Of a DNA stretch of 38,147 nucleotides, positions 9,027 to 15,772 are shown piece after piece. Source of the DNA: a virus; the IMG/VR virus record IMGVR_UViG_2651869533_000065, positions 1-38,147 of that record; one strand, given 5' to 3'. Position 1 is the first letter of the stretch. Every line of letters begins with the position of its first letter. The notes under the pieces were generated by a model, which was not told the DNA's origin, made no database searches, and was given only the letters and a program-made list of their open reading frames with translations. Made by a program: the position numbers and the translations under genes.

Positions 9027-9056
9027 TACTACTCCTTTGATTCAGTGGATAGTGTA

Positions 9057-9071
9057 CGTATAGCACAAAAA
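9057..9071 (-). promoter_or_regulatory. Extended -10 promoter restarting late transcription
   Basis: The minus strand reads TTTTTGTGCTATACG (TGn + TATAC). The 14-mer TTTTTGTGCTATAC recurs exactly at 35701..35714 (+). Confidence 0.5.
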
Positions 9072-9167
9072 GATTAACCATGTCGAACTACTAGCATTTT
9101 TTGTAGATATAGGTAGCCTTTCATGCACAAATGAATTAACCTATGGGGCAGGAAAAGCGATGTATAG

Positions 9168-10121
9168 ATGAGGCATTTTCAAGAAAATAATCTGTATAGA
9201 AATCTCGTATTGTATATTTTAGTGTCCTTTGATATACTATATGGGATTTCTATACGTGAACAAAACCAAGAAAAGAGCCCAGTGGAAGTAACTGCAATTC
9301 TCGTAAAAGCATTCACAAAGAATATAGATGCCGGAAACCCTGCCGGAGTGATCCTCGATGCTGACTGGCTTTCAGATGTACAAATGCAGTCAATTGCTTC
9401 GCGTTTGGGATTTTCTGAGACGGTGTTTGTATCTGAATCAAGACAAGCAGAATGCAGACTTAGATACTTCACTCCTATATGCGAAGTAGATGCTTGTGCG
9501 CATGCCACCATAGCTGCAATGCATGTTTTGGAATCAGACAGGGTCGATTCTTATGAAAACAACAAAGGAACACACTCAATAAAACGAGAGTGGGATGGGA
9601 ATATTGTTCTAACCCAAGAAAAACCAACCATTGGCGACAAAATTTCTAAGAGAGCAATAGCCAAACTATTGGGCATATCCCACAAGAAGATTCCTCTCGA
9701 ATGGGACTGTAGGGTCGTATCTACAGGTGTACCGAAACTTATAGTTCCTATTGCCGATCTAAAGACACTTCATGAGATCAAACCAGACTTAGAGGCAATT
9801 AAGAGTTTTTGTGCATATTACCCTTGCAAGGGTGTGTATCTTTTTACCACAGAAACTATAGATGAACACTCAGATGCTCACACAAGACAATTCAATCCTT
9901 TGTATGGTATCGATGAAGATCCTGTAACAGGTGTAGCTGCCGGTGCCTTAGGAGCCTATTTTGCTTATATGGGAATGATAGAACGCTATTACGACATAGA
10001 GCAGGGTGACTGTATGGGCAAACCAGGAAGAGTTCGTGTATACACAGACGGATGGACAAATATGCCTGTTAAGATATCAGGCCAAGCAGTTATATATGGT
10101 GAGCGTGTCCTCACGGTATAA
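9168..10121 (+). CDS. PhzF-family isomerase-like protein (DAP-epimerase fold)
   Basis: Motifs DAGNPAGV, GFSETVFV (catalytic Glu context) and RYFTP..EVDACAHATIAA match the PhzF family. The start is ambiguous: ATG 9168 adds a hydrophobic 38-aa extension, while in-frame GTG 9282 gives a canonical N-terminus. Confidence 0.85.
   Translation: MRHFQENNLYRNLVLYILVSFDILYGISIREQNQEKSPVEVTAILVKAFTKNIDAGNPAGVILDADWLSDVQMQSIASRLGFSETVFVSESRQAECRLRYFTPICEVDACAHATIAAMHVLESDRVDSYENNKGTHSIKREWDGNIVLTQEKPTIGDKISKRAIAKLLGISHKKIPLEWDCRVVSTGVPKLIVPIADLKTLHEIKPDLEAIKSFCAYYPCKGVYLFTTETIDEHSDAHTRQFNPLYGIDEDPVTGVAAGALGAYFAYMGMIERYYDIEQGDCMGKPGRVRVYTDGWTNMPVKISGQAVIYGERVLTV
9210..9238 (+). promoter_or_regulatory. Putative promoter of the PhzF-like gene
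   Basis: TTGTAT-17 nt-TATACT. It lies inside the ATG-9168 extension of the ORF, which favours the GTG start at 9282. Confidence 0.45.
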
Positions 10122-10150
10122 AAAAAGGGCCCCCAGTTTCCCAGGAGCCC
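10120..10150 (-). terminator. Rho-independent terminator of the oxygenase gene
   Basis: The minus strand reads GGGCUCC-10 nt-GGGGCCC (one G.U pair) followed by U7. The stem is weaker on the plus strand, which has no U tract. Confidence 0.75.
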
Positions 10151-10170
10151 CCAACCAATAAGTAAGCAGT

Positions 10171-11229
10171 CTATTTATATTCGTTCAACATGAAGTAGCA
10201 GCGTTGCAACCAGCGCCAGTTATTCTTGTCGATTTTGAATGCATCACGAGCATGCATAACTTCCCAGTTGTTAAACAGAAGAAGATCGCCTTTGCTTAAA
10301 GTAACGCTGATTTTGCTAGAGTCGAAGAACTCTTTTGATTTCAGTAAGTCAGTTAGATAGGTCACTATTTCTTTAGCTCTATCATTAGCACCTTCTACAC
10401 GATCCAGATTAGCGTTAAAGCGATATATTCGCTCGCCATCGATCTGTTCTAGAATAGGTAGGGTAATGAGTCTTCTTTCTTTTCCTTCAAAGCTAGGACC
10501 AGATTTCATGATGAATTGGGAGATCTTCATCTCTTCAATCATGTCTTCTTTACCGTCAGCTTTGATAGCAGCAAGAATGTCATCTAAGAACAACATGCTT
10601 GTGCTTACCTTTGGATCGCCACGCAGGCAAAGCAAAGAGAAGAACTTAAGTGGTTTAGGTGAGTACACATTTTCTGTGTGTGCGAAGAAGGGGATTTCAG
10701 ATCCGTTGCTTGATGCTACAGATTTTGACTTGGCATCATCGCGGGGGATGATTTGGTTGATATATGTGCCATCTTTCTCGTTCTCATCAAAGTCAGGATA
10801 TGAATCCAACATTGAGCAAAGGCCGAGCAGTGTGCATTCGCTTGCGTAACCCTTACCATTCACTTCACCAGTTACTGGAGGTCTAATTCCATTCTGGGGT
10901 GTCTGGGGTATTACGTTGTCGATTGGCATATTATGTACAACAAGAGCTGTTGGCACATTGGTATGACGCATATTGTAGATGATGTCTTTTAGGTCTTGTG
11001 GGAGAACAGCTTCTAAAGCCGCTTTAGCTGCGACTCTGTAGTGGTCCCAATTTTTGTAAGCATCTTTGGTTTCAACGTTTATCAGTTCGTTGAAGTCCTT
11101 TGATACTTGTTCGTCCAAGGTATAGTCGAGTACGGTTTGATTATGAATCTTCGTGATCTTAATGTGATCCCCACCCAAAAGAGTGATAGGTAAAATCAGC
11201 GCAGCAAGAGAGAGTCCCTTATGGTTCAT
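10171..11229 (-). CDS. Clavaminate-synthase-like Fe(II)/2-oxoglutarate amino-acid beta-hydroxylase (VioC/AsnO-type), 352 aa
   Basis: FFAHTENVYSPKPLKFFSLLCLRGDPKVST carries the HxE facial-triad segment, and LLFNNWEVMHARDAF...RWLQR carries the distal His/Arg. Both match the arginine/asparagine hydroxylase subfamily as remembered. Hydrophobic N-terminus MNHKGLSLAALILPITLLGG. SD AAGGA. Confidence 0.8.
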   Translation of the reverse strand: MNHKGLSLAALILPITLLGGDHIKITKIHNQTVLDYTLDEQVSKDFNELINVETKDAYKNWDHYRVAAKAALEAVLPQDLKDIIYNMRHTNVPTALVVHNMPIDNVIPQTPQNGIRPPVTGEVNGKGYASECTLLGLCSMLDSYPDFDENEKDGTYINQIIPRDDAKSKSVASSNGSEIPFFAHTENVYSPKPLKFFSLLCLRGDPKVSTSMLFLDDILAAIKADGKEDMIEEMKISQFIMKSGPSFEGKERRLITLPILEQIDGERIYRFNANLDRVEGANDRAKEIVTYLTDLLKSKEFFDSSKISVTLSKGDLLLFNNWEVMHARDAFKIDKNNWRWLQRCYFMLNEYK

Positions 11230-11366
11230 AATGTGTCCTTATGAATATATGGTGTGAAATATGATACTTACTTTGAGTTTCGAAGCACGTGAGATGGATA
11301 GGCATAAAAGCATCTAGAATACAGTGTTTGCCTAGTTGGGTTCCTTTTGCCCTTGACTCATAATTC

Positions 11367-11394
11367 AATTTATGGAAATAAAAAACGTTGTCAA
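11367..11394 (-). promoter_or_regulatory. Putative promoter of the oxygenase gene
   Basis: The minus strand reads TTGACA-16 nt-TAAATT. This implies a leader of about 130 nt. Confidence 0.45.
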
Positions 11395-11401
11395 GAGCCC
11401 A

Positions 11402-11429
11402 TTGCAATTAATGTAAATTCACATAGAAT
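11402..11429 (+). promoter_or_regulatory. Putative promoter, divergent partner of 11367..11394
   Basis: TTGCAA-16 nt-TAGAAT. Its -35 box is 7 bp from the -35 box of the opposite promoter. Confidence 0.45.
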
Positions 11430-11529
11430 AATACACTCAAAACTAGCTCTGAATCGCATATCAAGATATAGTATGACTGTTCATGAAATTGTGTGTGTTT
11501 TGAGCGTAACTCCTTGAACACATATCCTA

Positions 11530-11566
11530 CCCTCAGGCGACTCACTCTCTCCTGGGGGTTTTTATT
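11530..11566 (+). terminator. Intrinsic terminator inside a leader (attenuator or sRNA 3' end)
   Basis: CCCTCAGG-13 nt-CCTGGGGG (8 bp, one G.U pair) followed by TTTTTATT. It ends 12 nt before SD AAGAGGA and ATG 11579. Confidence 0.65.
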
Positions 11567-11578
11567 AAGAGGATCATA

Positions 11579-11791
11579 ATGCATCCAGAACTTTATTTTA
11601 AAATAACCAGTGAGTATCTAGAGATAGGCAGAGGAGACAATAGTTGCAAACTCTATTACGCTATTACCTTAGCTGAACGTGACCCAGTCCTTAATGAGAT
11701 AGCTAATCAATTAGATGTGAAGATGATTGATCTTATTAAGCTGCTATATGAATTCTACAGATATTTTCCAGGTCCAGGCAGGACTTGTTAA
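11579..11791 (+). CDS. Hypothetical protein, 70 aa
   Basis: ORF with SD AAGAGGA 6 nt upstream. No recognisable motif. Ends at the shared hairpin. Confidence 0.5.
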   Translation: MHPELYFKITSEYLEIGRGDNSCKLYYAITLAERDPVLNEIANQLDVKMIDLIKLLYEFYRYFPGPGRTC

Positions 11792-11799
11792 CAGAAAAT

Positions 11800-11828
11800 C
11801 CCCTGGCCAGATTAACTCCAACCAGGGG
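11800..11828. terminator. Hairpin shared by convergent genes
   Basis: CCCCTGG-15 nt-CCAGGGG, between the stops at 11791 (+) and 11853 (-). Confidence 0.5.
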
Positions 11829-11852
11829 AAACCAAGAAAGAGAGGATAGCAA

Positions 11853-12089
11853 CTATTTTTTCTTTTTAGGGATCTTTGCGCCAGACTTTCTAGCTTCACT
11901 TAAAGCGATAGCTATAGCCTGTTTAGGATTCTCTACCTCTGGACCATGTTTCGAGCCAGAGTGCAACTTGCCTTCTTTAAACTCGTGCATAACTTTCTCA
12001 ACCTTCTTTTTACCTTTTGAAGGCTTCTTTTTCTTTGCAGGAGCTTTAACTTTAGGCATCTTTTTAACATGTTTTTTCTTATGTTCCAT
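11853..12089 (-). CDS. Lys-rich protein with DUF6496-like C-terminal domain, 78 aa
   Basis: VMHEFKEGKLHSGSKHGPEVENPKQAIAIALSEARKSG matches the DUF6496 signature as I recall it. The N- and C-termini are poly-Lys. Its SD (TAAGGA) overlaps the stop codon of the peptidase gene. Confidence 0.75.
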   Translation of the reverse strand: MEHKKKHVKKMPKVKAPAKKKKPSKGKKKVEKVMHEFKEGKLHSGSKHGPEVENPKQAIAIALSEARKSGAKIPKKKK

Positions 12090-12098
12090 TATTAATCC

Positions 12099-12941
12099 TT
12101 AATTGTGTTTCCATGAGACAGAAAACGATTTACCATCAACTGATAGAGGCGAAGCAACTGCTTTCACAACGCCTTGGGGTGATACCATATCCATATTCTC
12201 ATTAACCCATGAGGTATTATTGATAGAGCCCAATATGTTGGTCATCACGCAAGAGCAGTTGAATATTTGAGCATTGCCGAAGTTAGAGAGAGGTAGAGTG
12301 GTATTTAACCATGGAGCCTCAAGAATCCACTCCGCGCATACCCTGTCCAACTCCACGGTCGAAAAATAGGGAATCACCGAGTAAACACGCTTGGTGTCAT
12401 TAGTGATCATCATGATAAATAGACCGGTACCAACAGGCAATATGTTTGGTAGTGAGACATAGGTCACTGAAGCACTGATGTTATCACCAGGCTCAACAGG
12501 GAACCCAACAAGCATGTTACTGCCAGCAGGGAACATCTCCCACCATGCATAATGTATTTGTTGACCGTTCAACCAATCATGCTCTGTGCCTAGCTGTTCA
12601 ACTGTTGAGCTACCAGAGCCATCAATACCTACCCATATAGAGCAGTTAGTGTTGACCGATGATCGCTGGACAGTAGGAACTACCCAAGATCCTGACACCT
12701 TTGTAACGGCATGGAGCGTTGGTTTAGCTAAGCTACCCATCTTTGCTACATAACCGCACCAGTTATCACTCGATGAGGCGTTCATAATGCGCTGGTTGCC
12801 TGGCAAGCAAGGACATGGTCGTTTGCTAGAAGGGCGGTCACACTTCTTGGACTTACATACTAAATGTTTATAGCCATGCTGGTGATCAGCGACTAATGTG
12901 GTACCAATTGTTAGTACCAATAAGGCTAATTTTAAGATCAT
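12099..12941 (-). CDS. Secreted glutamic peptidase, family G1 (eqolisin, Pfam Peptidase_A4-like), 280 aa
   Basis: Motifs in order: NWCGYV, SIWVGIDG, VEQLGTE (catalytic Gln context), YAWWEMFP, AEWILEAP (catalytic Glu context). Start moved to ATG 12941 (SD AAGGAGAAGT), giving the signal-like N-terminus MILKLALLVLTIGTTLVA. Confidence 0.8.
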   Translation of the reverse strand: MILKLALLVLTIGTTLVADHQHGYKHLVCKSKKCDRPSSKRPCPCLPGNQRIMNASSSDNWCGYVAKMGSLAKPTLHAVTKVSGSWVVPTVQRSSVNTNCSIWVGIDGSGSSTVEQLGTEHDWLNGQQIHYAWWEMFPAGSNMLVGFPVEPGDNISASVTYVSLPNILPVGTGLFIMMITNDTKRVYSVIPYFSTVELDRVCAEWILEAPWLNTTLPLSNFGNAQIFNCSCVMTNILGSINNTSWVNENMDMVSPQGVVKAVASPLSVDGKSFSVSWKHN

Positions 12942-12951
12942 ACTTCTCCTT

Positions 12952-12977
12952 GAAAAGGGGAGCTTTTTACACTCCCC
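12952..12977 (-). terminator. Hairpin between the 49-aa ORF and the peptidase gene
   Basis: The minus strand reads GGGGAG-9 nt-CTCCCC followed by TTTT. It could instead be a 5' stabilising stem of the peptidase mRNA. Confidence 0.4.
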
Positions 12978-12983
12978 CATATT

Positions 12984-13133
12984 TTACTGAGCTGAAGACG
13001 AATCACGGAACCATTCTCTGATCTTTTCATCAGTTGGTCTCTTTTGATTATCCTGACGCTTGTCCTTTGGAGTCTTCAGGATTCGATAGGCTATTTTCAT
13101 AGCTTTGCTATTGGGCCTGATTTGTCCTGGCAT
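12984..13133 (-). CDS. Small basic protein, 49 aa (below the ORF-track cutoff)
   Basis: Hand translation gives MPGQIRPNSKAMKIAYRILKTPKDKRQDNQKRPTDEKIREWFRDSSSAQ. SD AAGGAG lies 6 nt before ATG 13133 and overlaps the stop of the upstream gene. Confidence 0.5.
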   Translation of the reverse strand: MPGQIRPNSKAMKIAYRILKTPKDKRQDNQKRPTDEKIREWFRDSSSAQ

Positions 13134-13142
13134 AAGATCTCC

Positions 13143-13493
13143 TTAGTACTTCTTAGGCTTCATCTCGCGACCAAGGTCCTTGTAGTCTTCATGCATTTGC
13201 TTTTCAGCGCCATAGAATAGATCTTCAACATAACCCATGTTGTAGTTATTAGCTTTTGGCCAGTACTCATCTATCACTTGGCGTGGGAGCAGTGCAGGAG
13301 CTGACATATCCTCTTTGATCATAGCGCCATCGCGTGCCATCATCTTGCGGGATTCTTTACGTCCTGAGTATGATTCACGAGACTCTAAACCTTTTACAGT
13401 GTTAGGAACTGGATCGCTATTATCCATGCGACGTGTCATAGCCTCCTGTTTGTTGCTACGACGTCTTTCTTCTTCGTAATATCTTTTAGCCAT
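13143..13493 (-). CDS. Hypothetical charged protein, 116 aa
   Basis: ORF with SD AAGGAG before ATG 13493, immediately downstream of the portal gene. Confidence 0.75.
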   Translation of the reverse strand: MAKRYYEEERRRSNKQEAMTRRMDNSDPVPNTVKGLESRESYSGRKESRKMMARDGAMIKEDMSAPALLPRQVIDEYWPKANNYNMGYVEDLFYGAEKQMHEDYKDLGREMKPKKY

Positions 13494-13541
13494 GGTGGCT
13501 CCTTCGTTAGAAAATGCGCTGTTACACGCAAGGGTTCGCCT

Positions 13542-15587
13542 CTATCTAACCAATCCAGAACCATTCTGATTGGGTCGAGGATTTCTTTCAGTAGTGAGTC
13601 GTGGTGACTCTTCAACTTCCATCATTCTATGGAGGGATACTATCTTATGAAGTTGATCGATGTCTATGTTCTGTATCTCTTTTATTGCTTTAGCAAAATT
13701 GAGCAATGCCATCTGATCGTCTTTGATCGCTGCTGCACGGCGTTCTTCAGCCAATGCCTTATTTTCATCGATACGACTGAAGCGCTCTGCACCAAGACCT
13801 TGGTCAGCAACTGAACGAGCTTGAGCCAATTGCGTACGCGCTTGTTGCTCTTGGATCTGAGCCTGCATTTGCATTTGTTGCATTTGTTGCGCTTGTTGCT
13901 GTTGTTGCTGCATTTGTTGCAGGATCTTGTCCTTGTCTTGGATGGTAGCTGATTCAATAAGCGCAGAATCTGGAATAGGCACACCCATCTCTCTAAGCTG
14001 CATAAGCTGAGCAAACTGCATCTGCTTTTGAGATTCAGTGTTGAAGCCCATCTCTACCATGCAATGATACTTACCGAATGCCTTGTTATAGAACAATGGA
14101 GCTGGCTCTTCACCTTCAAGTAGATTCTTGACCTTGCCTGGCGTGTAGTTAGCCTGCATTATCTTCATGACGAGTTCGCCAAGAAGGTTCTGAGAGTAGT
14201 CTAGACGATCAAATATAGGCTGTAGCGTCGTTAAACCAGCGCCTTGACGTAATGCACTCAGAATGCCGGCTTTGTCGTCTAGGGCACTTCCCATAAGCTC
14301 TTCGTTGACACCAGACACAAGGTTCATCTCTTTTGAGAAGGTATCTTGGAGTTCGAAGAAGTATTGCGGGATGTTAGGTGGTGCAATCTGTACGATATCA
14401 GTCATCGCCGCTTCTTCTTTAAGCGGTATAATTCTTCCTTGTCCAGTTTGAAATAAATGTTTAACGTCGACTGGAGCATTCTCTTTAAATATCCAACCTG
14501 AATTTACTACGCTTTCTGCGGCGTCCGCTGACAAGATCACGCGACGGTTAAAAAGTATTTGCGGGTCCCGAAGCGATCGACAGATGCCTTGTATGCGCGA
14601 ATAGAAGTAAGGCATCATGTTATTGTAATAACCGAGAACGGGAACGAACGGATAGCAATCTATGTTCATTGGGTTTGGTCCGTCGTAGAAGACTTTATCC
14701 TGAATCATGATCGCCAAGCGTACGGTAGGAATGTCCTGCTCTATCATGGTTATTTCAGGATAGTGAGCCAAGAACGTATCGATATCTACATTATCCTGAT
14801 TGGTGATTTCCCACGTTTCGCCCGTGTTCTTATCTACAAGCAGTTTCTGTTTTCTATAATCCCTATAATAGTACTCATCGTAGGCCAGTCTATTCTGTTG
14901 AGTTTGGCCGTAACTTTCAGGCATGTATTGAAAACGACCATCTCGCCCTGTCCCTGTAGGGTTTCCTGGAAGTTCCATGATCTCGTCATACCTGTCTGGC
15001 ATCAATGCAGCTGCTGCACTATGCGATAGGTAGGATCGTCTCCAAACGAATGAACAGTCTGATAGGTCTGGCTTACGAAAGTATGGATCTATGAAGAAGC
15101 TATTGTAAGACAGGTTATCGATCTTAATATCACCTGAAACAGGGTCATTGCGATAGTCTAGATAGGCATGAAGAAGGTTCATGCCGGTTATACAAGCACC
15201 TTGATGGAAGGCTTCGGAGATGGTTTCGTAGACACCTTCACGCTTATATATACCCAGAATTGCTTTGGTGAGCTGATCAGAGGTCTTTTGGTCACCATTT
15301 TCTAGAGGAATGACGACAGTGGACTTGCGGTTACGGCGCTGATAGCCCGAAACCATGTTACACAGAGGACGAGTACGGTTGAAATACCACGATCCTCTAT
15401 TATTGTTGGGTAGCGATTGGTTTAACTCGGCCATTAAAGAGGTATCGCCTGCTTCAAGACGAGTATCGATAGTTGCTTCGGTCCAATAAACTTGCCAAAT
15501 AGCTTGGTTGGCGGTGTAGTCTGAGTCTATCTTCTTTTTTATAGCCCCATAACTATCATTTAAGTATTCAGGCTGCCGCATTAACAT
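13542..15587 (-). CDS. Portal protein, 681 aa, with C-terminal poly-Gln tract
   Basis: It has the expected size and lies downstream of the terminase. SD GAGGAG lies 7 nt before ATG 15587, and the track's first five codons (MRRKN) are that SD. Family call rests on position and size, not a motif. Confidence 0.75.
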   Translation of the reverse strand: MLMRQPEYLNDSYGAIKKKIDSDYTANQAIWQVYWTEATIDTRLEAGDTSLMAELNQSLPNNNRGSWYFNRTRPLCNMVSGYQRRNRKSTVVIPLENGDQKTSDQLTKAILGIYKREGVYETISEAFHQGACITGMNLLHAYLDYRNDPVSGDIKIDNLSYNSFFIDPYFRKPDLSDCSFVWRRSYLSHSAAAALMPDRYDEIMELPGNPTGTGRDGRFQYMPESYGQTQQNRLAYDEYYYRDYRKQKLLVDKNTGETWEITNQDNVDIDTFLAHYPEITMIEQDIPTVRLAIMIQDKVFYDGPNPMNIDCYPFVPVLGYYNNMMPYFYSRIQGICRSLRDPQILFNRRVILSADAAESVVNSGWIFKENAPVDVKHLFQTGQGRIIPLKEEAAMTDIVQIAPPNIPQYFFELQDTFSKEMNLVSGVNEELMGSALDDKAGILSALRQGAGLTTLQPIFDRLDYSQNLLGELVMKIMQANYTPGKVKNLLEGEEPAPLFYNKAFGKYHCMVEMGFNTESQKQMQFAQLMQLREMGVPIPDSALIESATIQDKDKILQQMQQQQQQAQQMQQMQMQAQIQEQQARTQLAQARSVADQGLGAERFSRIDENKALAEERRAAAIKDDQMALLNFAKAIKEIQNIDIDQLHKIVSLHRMMEVEESPRLTTERNPRPNQNGSGLVR

Positions 15588-15772
15588 ATTTTTTCTCCTC
15601 AAATTACTATGTATTGCCTAATAGCGCAGAACATAGCATTTTTTGTGCCCTTTCTTCTATAAGCTCTTAATGAGGATCACGATAGCTATAATTATGAGAA
15701 TGTCGGTTGAGTTCATAGAGCACCTATATTGAAGTCTCTATCTGGATCTAGCTTTACAAACATCATTAACTC

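Noticed and set aside
11219-11407. 62-aa minus-strand ORF upstream of the hydroxylase gene
   Set aside because: It spans the divergent promoter region, has no SD, and would overlap the hydroxylase start. It is more likely non-coding leader or promoter DNA.
11785-12102. 105-aa plus-strand ORF
   Set aside because: It is antisense to the Lys-rich DUF6496-like gene, and its poly-Phe/Leu content is the complement of the Lys codons. It also crosses the terminator hairpin.
12942-12980. Longer N-terminus (MGECKKLPFSRRS) for the peptidase
   Set aside because: These codons are the hairpin GGGGAG...CTCCCC plus the SD AAGGAGAAGT of ATG 12941. The shorter form begins with a canonical signal peptide.
13682-14014. 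110-aa minus-strand ORF inside the portal gene
   Set aside because: It is an alternate frame of the CAA/CAG/ATG poly-Gln repeat. It is low-complexity Lys/Asn/Cys/Arg sequence with no SD, fully nested in a well-supported gene.
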